From: an uncultured Akkermansia sp.
Lineage (GTDB): Bacteria > Verrucomicrobiota > Verrucomicrobiia > Verrucomicrobiales > Akkermansiaceae
NCBI GenBank assembly: GCA_947628035.1
Contig: CANQYL010000002.1
Coordinates: 2,642-66,641, forward strand
DNA length: 64,000 bases
Direction: 5' to 3'
Position 1 is the first letter of the stretch; each line of letters begins with the position of its first letter. The notes beneath the pieces were generated by a model. That model was not told the DNA's origin, made no database searches, and saw only the letters and a program-made list of their open reading frames with translations. This document shows, piece by piece, positions 1 to 8,627 of the stretch. A program made the translations under genes and the position numbers.

Positions 1-1
1 C

Positions 2-934
2 TTTGAGCAAATGACCAACCTCCCGCCGGCTCTGCGCGGCATCCTGGCAAGTCATTTCTCCCTGCATCCGCTCGAGGTGCAGGAGATGCATCTCAGTCAA
101 TCCGGCAGCGAAACGCGTAAGTTCCTGTCCCGATTGACAGCGGATGGAGAGCTTATCGAATCCGTCATCATCCCGGCAGCCATCGGTCGGGGAGGGGCAC
201 ACAGCGAGCGCATCACGCTGTGCATCTCATCCCAGGTGGGTTGCGCGTTCGGCTGCCGTTTCTGTGCCAGTGGTCTGCTCGGGTTCCGCCGCAACCTCTC
301 CTCTGCCGAGATGATCGGCCAGATCTTTGTCGCTGAGAAAATAACGGGCGAGCGTGTGGATAACCTGGTCTTTATGGGCATGGGGGAACCCCTCTCCAAC
401 ACAACGAACCTCATCCCTGCCCTGCGTCTCATCACGGATCCGACCTTGCTCGGTCTCGGCGCACGTCACATCACCATCTCCACCTCCGGTCACGTGCCAG
501 GGCTGAAATTGCTGAGAGAATGCGGCATACCGGTGCGCCTTGCCGTCTCCCTGCACGGAGCCTCCGACGAGATTCGTTCGCAGATCATGCCCGTGAACCG
601 CAAATGGCCTCTTGAGCAACTTCTGCCCGCCCTGGAGGATTGGAACACTCACTCCAAACACATCATCACACTGGAATACATTCTCATTTCCGGAATGAAC
701 GACTCGCTCTCTCAAGCGGATCTCCTTTCTGCCATCGCACGCCGCCTCAACGCCAAAGTCAACCTCATCCCCTACAACACGGTAGAGGGACTCCCCTGGA
801 GCCGACCCTCCGAGAAACACTGCCGGGATTTTTGCCAACGCCTCATTTCCCAAAAAATCCCCGTCACCATGCGCTACGAAAAGGGACACGACATCGATGC
901 TGCGTGCGGTCAGCTCCGACTCCGTCGCTCCTGA
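2..934 (+). CDS. rlmN: Radical-SAM rRNA/tRNA adenine-C2 methyltransferase RlmN; the 5' end lies upstream of the window
   Basis: The frame stays open to position 2, and FEQMTNLPPALRG aligns to an internal part of E. coli RlmN. Radical-SAM CxxxCxxC is present in SSQVGCAFGCRFCAS, along with GMGEPL and a C-terminal CGQL. Confidence 0.9.
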   Translation, partial: FEQMTNLPPALRGILASHFSLHPLEVQEMHLSQSGSETRKFLSRLTADGELIESVIIPAAIGRGGAHSERITLCISSQVGCAFGCRFCASGLLGFRRNLSSAEMIGQIFVAEKITGERVDNLVFMGMGEPLSNTTNLIPALRLITDPTLLGLGARHITISTSGHVPGLKLLRECGIPVRLAVSLHGASDEIRSQIMPVNRKWPLEQLLPALEDWNTHSKHIITLEYILISGMNDSLSQADLLSAIARRLNAKVNLIPYNTVEGLPWSRPSEKHCRDFCQRLISQKIPVTMRYEKGHDIDAACGQLRLRRS

Positions 935-980
935 AACAACGCTTTCGCTGATTTTTCTGCACCGTTGAGGAATTTATTGC

Positions 981-1008
981 TTGACATCCTCCTCTTGTTT
1001 TCTATACT
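981..1008 (+). promoter_or_regulatory. Sigma70-type promoter (TTGACA-N16-TATACT) upstream of the 1024 ORF
   Basis: TTGACA at 981-986 and TATACT at 1003-1008, 15 nt before the ATG. Confidence 0.5.
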
Positions 1009-1023
1009 GCGTACTATATACCT

Positions 1024-1362
1024 ATGAAAACGCGCCTTTCACTGTTTGCTCTGTTCGCTGCATTCGCGTGCTGCTCCGCGTGGGCGGCTCCTTCTGTCAG
1101 CACCAAGGATGTTTCCGATGAAGCTCTGAAGGAAGTGGCAACGGATCGTCAAAAAGCCAGCCTTGACCTGCATGAGAAAGCCAAAGCCAAGGCTGAAGAG
1201 GAGCGCAGTAAGGCCATCAAAGAAGCTCAGGAGATCACGGAGAAAAATGACGAAGGTCTCAAGAAGACCATTCAGAGACACCACCTCAACAGTATGCTTC
1301 CCCCCTGTGATCGCGAGCCGGAGACACCGCGCGAACCGGGCAACTACCGCATCCGTTATTGA
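1024..1362 (+). CDS. Hypothetical small secreted protein, Lys/Glu-rich
   Basis: N-terminal signal peptide MKTRLSLFALFAAFACCSAWAAP, a consensus promoter upstream and a terminator downstream. Confidence 0.5.
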   Translation: MKTRLSLFALFAAFACCSAWAAPSVSTKDVSDEALKEVATDRQKASLDLHEKAKAKAEEERSKAIKEAQEITEKNDEGLKKTIQRHHLNSMLPPCDREPETPREPGNYRIRY

Positions 1363-1391
1363 TTAACCGGAGCAAGCTGCCATGCCGAGCC

Positions 1392-1632
1392 GGGGCAGAC
1401 GCATTTGAAAGAAGTGCATCAACAGGGAGAATGCTCTTATTGATTGATATCATCGCTGATGCATATCAAAAGTCGTGATAATCAGCAACCATCATGATGA
1501 TGGCTCGCGAGAGGACTCTGTATCCTTTAACAATCAAAAAAATTTGCGCAATGCGCACGTTATCAATAAATCGTAATTCGTAATTCGTACATCGTAAATG
1601 GGCAAACGTATTTTTCAAATGCGTTTGCCCTG
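1392..1632 (+). repeat. MITE-like intergenic element, copy 1 (subfamily A)
   Basis: Left arm GGGGCAGACGCATTTGA. The right end is the hairpin GGGCAAACG-loop-CGTTTGCCC. It is colinear with the copies at 26715, 37270, 51556 and (inverted) 13250. Confidence 0.8.
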
Positions 1633-1635
1633 CGT

Positions 1636-1662
1636 GCCTGCCTACGGTGCGGGCTTTTTTAT
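1636..1662 (+). terminator. Rho-independent terminator for the 1024 ORF transcript; MITE copy 1 would sit in the 3' UTR
   Basis: Stem GCCTGC / GCGGGC with a 7-nt loop, followed by TTTTTTATT. Confidence 0.55.
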
Positions 1663-2369
1663 TCCCCGGGATGTTCGTTTGACGGCAGGCAAAGGAGATG
1701 CGCTACGCTCTTTTTGGGAAGAGATTTCCGGGAAGAGTAGAGCAACTTGAGTTTGTGGGAGCCCGCTTGCAGACGGTAGAGCAAAAGGGAACGCAGGGCG
1801 TCCTCCTGAACCTCGGTGTGCACACAGCATACGCCCACCTTCTCCGGGGTGAGCAATCTTCCTTTCCCGCACCCCTGAAGTTCCACCATCACCGCCGCAA
1901 TTCCTCCGGCGGCTACCCGCACCTCCAGCTCCGCCTCCCACAAGGGAATCTCTCCGCAGCGTCTCCATCGCAGCGTTTCATGCCCCTCCCTGCTCGGGCG
2001 CACACACTCCGCCGTCCCGGCCTTACGAGCCGTGCGTCGTTGCCGTCTCGTGCGCCACGCCGCACGCACAGTCAGCACGGTAACCCAGAGCACGACGACG
2101 GCGCCGCAACCGAACCAGCCGACAATGGCGCCGACGGCCAAATCCTGGTGCCCCGTTGCGAGCATCACCGTCAGCGTCAAGCAGAAGACCAATGTGATTC
2201 CAAGACCCAGCCAATACCCGAGAACCATCCCCGGAAACAGGAGAAAAAGGATCGCATAACGCAAAAATTGCGGAAGATTGAGCGGCGTGCTGCACAACAT
2301 CTCGCGCTGTGTTGTAACGGAGTACAATTGCTCAAGCTGCTCCTGCGAAGTGGTGGCGTCAATTTTCAT
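1659..2369 (-). CDS. Hypothetical membrane protein
   Basis: A 236-aa ORF with two or three hydrophobic helices (ILFLLFPGMVLGYWLGLGITLVFCLTLTVML; VGWFGCGAVVVLWVTVLTV). I recognise no family. Confidence 0.5.
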   Translation of the reverse strand: MKIDATTSQEQLEQLYSVTTQREMLCSTPLNLPQFLRYAILFLLFPGMVLGYWLGLGITLVFCLTLTVMLATGHQDLAVGAIVGWFGCGAVVVLWVTVLTVRAAWRTRRQRRTARKAGTAECVRPSREGHETLRWRRCGEIPLWEAELEVRVAAGGIAAVMVELQGCGKGRLLTPEKVGVCCVHTEVQEDALRSLLLYRLQAGSHKLKLLYSSRKSLPKKSVAHLLCLPSNEHPGE

Positions 2370-2384
2370 TGTCCGGAGATTCCA

Positions 2385-3248
2385 TCAAACGCGAACCACA
2401 CGAATCTTCATGCCCATGCAATGAGTCGCTCCCGCGTGCAGCATGAAATTTTCCTCCGGCAAGAGAGCCACTTCCAGCGCAAGCATATTCTCTGCTGCCT
2501 CCCTACCCAAGTCCTCCATCTTTCCCGCCGCTTCCAACCCGGGATGCCACACCACGCATGAATTCGCCCGGATACGCTCAATCTCCAGCGTGCGTCCCCA
2601 ACGAGGGTCATGAATGCATACCACGCTCTCCTCCGGAACCGGACCATACGTGCGGTCAATATGCCCCAACGGAATAAGCGGGTCCTCCGAATGAGGCACG
2701 GCATCCTCCGCATACTCCCGAAAAGGCACCTCCTCCAACCCGGTGACCGCTACATTCCTGTAATCACTCACCATAAAGTACGTATGCAGCGCCCCGGAAA
2801 GCGGCATGCTCTCCCCATCCTCCCGGTGAATCGTCTGCAGCACGAGCTTGAGCTCATCTTTCCCCATCTCAATGAGGTAAATTGCCCGCGGCAGTTTCTT
2901 GTCTTCCGGGTCGAGGGAGAAGCACAGGGTGGCGCTGCCGTCCTCGTGTTCTTCAAACGGCTCGAGTGTCCATTCCGAAATCCGAGCCACCCCATGGGAG
3001 GGTACTTGCTTTCCGTCCGCACCCTTTCCAAACCAGGGCCAGCAAATCGGTATTCCCCCGCGTATCGCCTGTCCCTTCTTGAATTTTGCTTTTTCTCCCA
3101 GGAAGATGACCGACTTGTCACCCGCCGGACTCCAACTCAAAATCTGTCCTCCATAAAGAGAAAAATCTAAATGACCCAACCGCGTTTGGACGCTGATGAT
3201 CGGGAATCCCTTGCCGTACGGATAATGACCGGATATCATGCCCCTCAT
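2385..3248 (-). CDS. D-hexose-6-phosphate mutarotase (aldose 1-epimerase family, YeaD-like)
   Basis: IRGGIPICWPWFG motif and the overall length and pattern of glucose-6-phosphate 1-epimerases. Confidence 0.8.
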   Translation of the reverse strand: MRGMISGHYPYGKGFPIISVQTRLGHLDFSLYGGQILSWSPAGDKSVIFLGEKAKFKKGQAIRGGIPICWPWFGKGADGKQVPSHGVARISEWTLEPFEEHEDGSATLCFSLDPEDKKLPRAIYLIEMGKDELKLVLQTIHREDGESMPLSGALHTYFMVSDYRNVAVTGLEEVPFREYAEDAVPHSEDPLIPLGHIDRTYGPVPEESVVCIHDPRWGRTLEIERIRANSCVVWHPGLEAAGKMEDLGREAAENMLALEVALLPEENFMLHAGATHCMGMKIRVVRV

Positions 3249-3284
3249 CCTACCACATGGACCCCATGCTTGGCAAGACCGGGT

Positions 3285-3700
3285 TTACCCATGGACGATG
3301 GACGATGTACAATGGAAATTTTAGCGCGCTTGCGCGCGGCGAGGCAGAGCGAGAGCGAAGGTGGAAGGAGGGAACATGGGGTGACAGTGGTATGAAAGGG
3401 GCTGGACGATGGACGGGGGCACCGGAGGTGCCTATTTACGATTTACAAGGCGCCCGACGGTCCCGTGTAGGGCGCACGCGAAGCGGGCGGTAAGGGCGAT
3501 TGGACAAAAGCGCAGCTTTTGCCCCTTGGGGTGAAAGCGACCGACGGCTGTAAGGTCGATTAGCCAAAAGCGACAGCTTTTGTCCCAACGGGATGAGGAG
3601 TCGTGAGGCGACTCCGAAGCAAGAGGGAGTGCGGTACCGAAGCGTCAATTTACGAATTACGATTTGAATGCTAGCGCGCCGGAGGCGCGGGAAATGCGGA
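3285..3700 (+). repeat. Mosaic of short palindromic repeat modules (heptamers, GCACC-N-GGTGCC hairpin, 64-nt core at 3560-3623)
   Basis: Modules recur at 5194-5650, at 18640-18860 (inverted) and at 63945-64000 (inverted). Confidence 0.8.
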
Positions 3701-3811
3701 GCTTTAGCTGGGGTGGTAAGAATTCCATAATGATTTTATATTTTTTGAAAAATTGACAAAAATATAAAATAAGGCTTGAAACGGGAGAGGGAAGAATGTA
3801 GTCTGGATGCA

Positions 3812-5092
3812 ATGAAGCAGATACGCGACAAGAGAAGTAAACAGATAGCCCGTGATCACTACGTGGAGAAGCTTGTCGATCGGATGCACAACGGGATGAT
3901 CAAGATCGTGAGCGGCATACGCCGGAGCGGAAAATCTTATTTGCTTTACAATCTTTTTCGCCGGGAACTGAAGAAAATGGGGGTCGAGCCGTCGCATATC
4001 ATCACAGTAGCATTGGATGAGCTGAAGGGAGCAAAATACAGAAATCCGACAGTATTCTACGATTACATCAAGACACGGGTACGCGGGAAGAAGATGCACT
4101 ATCTGCTGCTGGACGAGGTACAGATGATGAAGGATTTTGAGAGTGTGCTGAACGGTCTGCTACGCCTTGATAATCTCGATGTTTACGTAACGGGGAGCAA
4201 TTCGCGTTTTTTATCGACGGATGTTGTAACGGAATTCCGCGGAAGAGGAGATGAGGTTCGTGTATTTCCCTTGAGTTTTTCTGAATTTTATGCGGCACGC
4301 GGAGGCGAGTGGTCAGACGCATGGGAGGAGTACCGCTTATACGGCGGTATGCCCCAGCTCTTCGCCTACGAGAAAGAGAGTGATAAGATCGAGTACCTGA
4401 ACAAACTTTTCCAGGAGACTTACATAAAGGACATTCTTGAGCGCAACCGCATCAAAAACAATGAAGAACTTAACGAGCTGCTTAACATCACCGCATCTGA
4501 TATCGGCTGCTTGCTCAATCCGCACAAGCTGGCCAACTCTTTCCGAAGCCTGAAAAAAATCAACATCTCGGAACCCACCATCGCCCTCTACCTGAACTAC
4601 CTTCAGGACGCTTTCATCATTCATCGAGCCATGCGTTTTGATATCAAAGGAAATCGCTACATCAATACACCGTCCAAGTACTACTTTACCGATATCGGTC
4701 TTCGCAATGCCCGCCTCAACTTCCGACAAATCGAGGAGGGGCATGCTATGGAAAACATCATTTACAACGAACTGTTGATGCGCGGTTACCAAGTGGACGT
4801 CGGTAGTCTGGATATTCTCGAAAAGGACGGACGCGGCAATTACGTCCGCAAAAGAACAGAGGTTGATTTTGTGGTCAACCTGGGCAGCAAACGGTACTAC
4901 ATCCAATCCGCCGCAGCCATTCCCACACGCGAAAAACGCGAACAGGAAGAACGGTCTCTCCTTGCCATTCGCGACTCTTTCAAAAAAATTCTCATCTCCG
5001 CGAGTGCTTCCTCCCCACACTACGATGATGCAGGGGTCCTTATCCTCTCTATAAAAGACTTCCTGCTCAATCCGACCAGCCTCATGGAATGA
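3812..5092 (+). CDS. AAA+ ATPase with C-terminal DUF4143 (PD-(D/E)xK-like) domain
   Basis: Walker A in SGIRRSGKSYLL, Walker B in YLLLDEVQ, and C-terminal EVDFVV. The ATG at 3812 is preferred over the TTG at 3776. GC is visibly lower than in neighbouring genes. Confidence 0.8.
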   Translation: MKQIRDKRSKQIARDHYVEKLVDRMHNGMIKIVSGIRRSGKSYLLYNLFRRELKKMGVEPSHIITVALDELKGAKYRNPTVFYDYIKTRVRGKKMHYLLLDEVQMMKDFESVLNGLLRLDNLDVYVTGSNSRFLSTDVVTEFRGRGDEVRVFPLSFSEFYAARGGEWSDAWEEYRLYGGMPQLFAYEKESDKIEYLNKLFQETYIKDILERNRIKNNEELNELLNITASDIGCLLNPHKLANSFRSLKKINISEPTIALYLNYLQDAFIIHRAMRFDIKGNRYINTPSKYYFTDIGLRNARLNFRQIEEGHAMENIIYNELLMRGYQVDVGSLDILEKDGRGNYVRKRTEVDFVVNLGSKRYYIQSAAAIPTREKREQEERSLLAIRDSFKKILISASASSPHYDDAGVLILSIKDFLLNPTSLME

Positions 5093-5095
5093 ACC

Positions 5096-5130
5096 GCTTA
5101 TTTTAAAAAATAAGCAAATTTGCTGTTTTT
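5096..5130 (+). terminator. AT-rich palindromes after the ATPase gene; possible terminator
   Basis: GCTTATTTT/AAAATAAGC and AGCAAATTTGCT palindromes followed by GTTTTT. Confidence 0.35.
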
Positions 5131-5159
5131 ATAAACTAAGATTTATTTTTGAGCAGACA

Positions 5160-5900
5160 ACATCATGGTGGCACCCCCAGCGACTGCTTCGCTCATGGAC
5201 GATGGACGGGGCACCTGGCGGTGCCTATTTACGATTTGCGAATTGGAAAATTCCGCGCCGTTAGCGCAATCTAGTGGAGCGGATGCGCAGCGGAATTTTG
5301 GATACGAGAGTGCGTGAGGAGAAAGAAAGTGTCCGGAGAGAGTTTGATGGAGGACGCGTTGTCCACATCCGTCCCAATAAAAATTTTCTTTAGGAGCAAT
5401 TCAATCCATTTCCTATGCATTTTCTACGGACGAAGGAAGTAAGTCGGAAGGACGGCAAACCATTGATGATTCAGAAAAGCAGTGAAAACCCCGAGGGCTC
5501 GGAGGGATTGGACAACGCAAGAGCGTTGCCCGCAGGGTGAAAACTGCCGACGGCTGTGAGGCAGGTTAGCCAAAAGCGACAGCTTTTGTCCCAACGGGAT
5601 GAGGAGTTGTGAGGCGACTCCGAAGCAAGCGCCGATGGGGCGGCGCTGAGTCAAAACGGCATGACGTACCAACAAACCTTTCTAACTAATATCCTGCGTT
5701 GCTTAAAAATTCTGCTGCGCATTTGCTTCGCTAAGATTGCGCCGTCGGCGCGGAATTTTTTTACATCGTCCATCGTCCATCGTCCATCGTCCATCGTCCA
5801 TCGTCCATCGTCCATCGTCCATAACCAATGAGTTATGTTGCATCATTCAGCGATAACTGCGTGTTAGGATCGCGTTTTTCTTGGGACGGATGTGGCGTTG
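5160..5900 (+). repeat. Mosaic repeat region (same modules as 3285-3700 plus the CATAAC-N6-GTTATG family)
   Basis: 5194-5245 matches 3398-3450. The core at 5566-5629 matches 3560-3623. 5819-5900 matches 52577-52654 and inverted 18435-18510. Confidence 0.8.
5764..5822 (+). repeat. Perfect heptanucleotide tandem repeat (CATCGTC/CCATCGT), about 8 copies
   Basis: Read directly from the sequence. The equivalent positions at 52553-52578 and 18511-18527 carry only 2-3 degenerate copies. Confidence 0.95.
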
Positions 5901-5902
5901 TC

Positions 5903-6595
5903 CTAGCGCGAAGATTCCTCTTCGTCGTCGCGACCGAGCATGGTGCGCGTGTCCCGGATGGTCTTGCGGGAATATTCATCGCGGGAGTACACGGGAGGGG
6001 GAGGCGTGTTGCTCATGCGGGACTCAACGTACCCACTTTTTGTGTCGCGCGAATAGAAACTTGGCGATGTCGGGAACTCACCACCCATGGTGCTTTTTTC
6101 GCCCTGCATGACGGAACGCTTTCCCACATCGGGGGAAAGGTCATCAGCCCCGTAAACCCCTTTGTCAGCGCCGGCGAAGTCAGGATGCAAATCTTTGTCA
6201 ATTTGGACTCCCATCGCCCCGGGGTACGCCTTTTTTGCATCGAATGCCTGCCCCGAGCCGGAGAATTTCATATCCTGCATCGAACTTTTTGAGGTTCCTG
6301 AAAACTCCTTGGTCATGTAGCTTTTGTCGAGGCGCTTCGAAGCATCGAGATCGGATTGATAGGGACTGACCCGATTTGAAACGGTTTGAGGGACTCCTTG
6401 AGCGTTTTTCTTTTCTGTGAACGAAGAATCAAACTTTTCCTCCATGTACTCAGAGAAATCACGTTCGCCACCCGTGCTCTGCTTCGCCTCATCCACCACA
6501 TTGCCGTACTCATCATAAACCGTGCGCTCACTCTCGCATGCACACAGCAACACCGACAAAAGGAGACTGAACAACTGTTTACTCACTCGTCTCAT
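5903..6595 (-). CDS. Hypothetical lipoprotein
   Basis: Lipobox signal [20 protein letters not shown]. Acidic/Ser-rich mature part. Confidence 0.6.
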   Translation of the reverse strand: MRRVSKQLFSLLLSVLLCACESERTVYDEYGNVVDEAKQSTGGERDFSEYMEEKFDSSFTEKKNAQGVPQTVSNRVSPYQSDLDASKRLDKSYMTKEFSGTSKSSMQDMKFSGSGQAFDAKKAYPGAMGVQIDKDLHPDFAGADKGVYGADDLSPDVGKRSVMQGEKSTMGGEFPTSPSFYSRDTKSGYVESRMSNTPPPPVYSRDEYSRKTIRDTRTMLGRDDEEESSR

Positions 6596-6633
6596 TTAGC
6601 CTCATCCCCTGTGCCGTGTCAAGCGCAAACCGC

Positions 6634-6662
6634 TTGACAGCCCGAGTCTCCCCTGATATACT
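6634..6662 (+). promoter_or_regulatory. Sigma70-type promoter of prfB (TTGACA-N17-TATACT)
   Basis: TTGACA at 6634-6639 and TATACT at 6657-6662. Confidence 0.6.
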
Positions 6663-6674
6663 GCCGCGCGACTT

Positions 6675-7788
6675 ATGGAAACACCTGCTTCCCCTACCGA
6701 TCTCTCGGCGCTCGACACAGCGGCCATGCGCAGCCGTCTTTCCGAGCTCGGGAGCTATCTTTGACCTCGACCACTTGGAACAAGAAGTAGCCGAGCTGGA
6801 GCGCCGTATGAGCGCACCGGACTTCTGGGACGACCAACAAGCTGCCCGAGAACTCATGGACAAGGTCAACCCACTTAAGCGCCGCCTTGAACAATTTCGT
6901 TCCATTGAGAAATCCCTAGAGGACGTCGAGGTAGCGGTAGAACTCGCGCGCGAGGATCCGGAAATGGCTCAGGAAGCCCAGGCGGAGTACGACACTTGGC
7001 TGAAGCAGCTGGAAGAATTTGAACTCATTACTTTGCTCAACGGTCCGCACGACAACGCCGGCTGCTATATCACCATCCACGCAGGAGCCGGCGGCACAGA
7101 GGCCTGCGACTGGGCGAGCATGCTTTTGCGTATGTACCTGCGCTACTGTGAGCGCCATGGCTTTTCATCTGAAATCATGGAAAGCACCGATGGAGATGAA
7201 GCGGGTCTGCGCTCCGTCACTGTCAAGATAGCAGGTGAATACGCTTATGGTTACCTCAAGAACGAGCGGGGCATCCACCGACTCGTCCGCATGAGTCCTT
7301 TTGACGCCGCAGGCAAGCGCCACACTTCATTTTGTTCGTTGGATGCCACTCCGGATATTTCAGATGACGTGGAAATCGAGGTGAAGGATGCCGATGTCAA
7401 GATGGACACCTACCGCTCCGGCGGCAAGGGCGGTCAAAACGTCAACAAAGTAGAGACGGCTGTGCGCCTCACTCACCTTCCGACGGGCATCATCGTAGCT
7501 TGCCAGACCCAGCGTTCCCAGCTACGCAACCGAGAGGAAGCCATGCGTATGCTCAAGGCGCGCCTCATTCAACTGGAAGAGGACCGCAAACGCGCTGAGG
7601 CCGACCGTCAATATTCGGAGAAGGGAGACATCGCGTGGGGCAATCAGATACGCTCATACGTCTTCCAACCGTACCAAATGGTGAAGGATCTGCGTACCGG
7701 GGTGGAATCCGGTAACATTCAGGACGTGATGGACGGCAACATTGACGCCTATATTGAAGGCATGCTGCGCCACAACGCCAACGCGTGA
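6675..7788 (+). CDS. prfB: Peptide chain release factor 2, expressed through a programmed +1 frameshift (6675-6761 joined to 6763-7788)
   Basis: Frame 0 runs from ATG 6675 ([14 protein letters not shown]...GSYL) to CTT TGA C at 6759-6765. The +1 frame continues [13 protein letters not shown]...SPF...[13 protein letters not shown] (GGQ motif). Confidence 0.93.
6751..6765 (+). promoter_or_regulatory. prfB +1 frameshift site (SD-like GGAGC, then TAT CTT TGA C)
   Basis: GGAGCTATCTTTGAC closely matches the canonical AGGGGGTATCTTTGAC autoregulatory site. Confidence 0.9.
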
Positions 7789-7816
7789 TTTCTTCCTCTC
7801 TCCTTCCTCGTCTGCC

Positions 7817-8593
7817 ATGCTGGAAATCGACGTCCTCACTCTCTTCCCGGAGATGGTCACTGAGCCCCTCTCCCGGAGCATCCTCGGACGCGCGGCTAAT
7901 GATGGCATTATTTCTGTTCGCGCCCACCAACTGCGAGATTGGACCCACGACAAACACCACCGCACGGATGATTACCTCTGTGGCGGCGGGCAAGGTATGC
8001 TCATGAAATGTGAACCGATCTTCGAAGCAGTGGAAGAACTGCGCCGGGGGAATACAAGGGTCATCCTCATGACACCGCAAGGACGCGTCTTTTCCCAAGC
8101 GATGGCGCGTGAGTTGGCCGCCCCGTGCATGGAGCCGGGAGGTTCCGCGCACTACATCATCATCTGCGGTCATTATGAGGGAGTGGATCACCGTGTTGTC
8201 GAGCAACTCGTGGACGTGGAACTCTCTATCGGCGACTACATTCTCACCAATGGCGCCATCGCAGCGGTGGTTGTGATTGACGCCGTTGCCCGCTTGATTC
8301 CTGATGTCCTCGGCGACGAACGTAGCAGCGAAGAAGAATCCTTCTCTGAAGGGTTGTTGGAAGCGCCCGCCTATACGAAGCCGAATGTGTTTCGCGATTT
8401 ATCCGTCCCGGAAGTTTTCCTCTCCGGCAACCACCGAGCGATTGAAGAATGGAAACTCGAACAGGCTGTGCGCCGCACGCGCGAAAATCGTCCGGATCTC
8501 TACCGGACATGGGTCGAACAACACCCTGAATTCTTCCTGCCCGGCAAAAAGAAAACACGCCTCACTTCGTACAAAAAGCGTGACGCTCACTGA
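7817..8593 (+). CDS. trmD: tRNA (guanine37-N1)-methyltransferase TrmD
   Basis: MLEIDVLTLFPEMV start and the DDYLCGGGQGML, GHYEGVDHRV and ELSIGDYILTNG motifs. The ATG at 7817 is preferred over the ORF-track start at 7742. Confidence 0.92.
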   Translation: MLEIDVLTLFPEMVTEPLSRSILGRAANDGIISVRAHQLRDWTHDKHHRTDDYLCGGGQGMLMKCEPIFEAVEELRRGNTRVILMTPQGRVFSQAMARELAAPCMEPGGSAHYIIICGHYEGVDHRVVEQLVDVELSIGDYILTNGAIAAVVVIDAVARLIPDVLGDERSSEEESFSEGLLEAPAYTKPNVFRDLSVPEVFLSGNHRAIEEWKLEQAVRRTRENRPDLYRTWVEQHPEFFLPGKKKTRLTSYKKRDAH

Positions 8594-8627
8594 GACTCAC
8601 CCGGGGATGGCGGCTCAATTGGCGACC

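Noticed and set aside
3436-3648. Small ORFs carried by the mosaic repeats (3436-3648 minus, 5424-5675 minus, 18596-19063 plus) that share the peptide CFGVASRLLIPLGQKLSLLANRPYSRRSLSP.
   Set aside because: The conserved part coincides exactly with nested DNA hairpins. The N- and C-termini, lengths and start codons differ between copies, and there is no promoter or RBS context. The pattern is more consistent with a repeated DNA or RNA element than with a gene. It is still mentioned under findings as something to test.
5764-5822. The heptamer tract and the other regularly repeated intergenic modules as a possible CRISPR array.
   Set aside because: Repeat units are 7 nt and contiguous, with no spacers. 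The larger modules are irregularly spaced, occur at many loci and in both orientations, and no cas genes are present.
5828-6292. 154-aa plus-strand ORF starting right after the heptamer tract.
   Set aside because: It is antisense to the lipoprotein gene 5903-6595, which has a proper lipobox signal peptide. Its composition is atypical for a protein.
6762-6764. The in-frame TGA in prfB as evidence for a pseudogene or sequencing error.
   Set aside because: The sequence context is the textbook programmed +1 frameshift site, and the downstream frame is full-length RF2.
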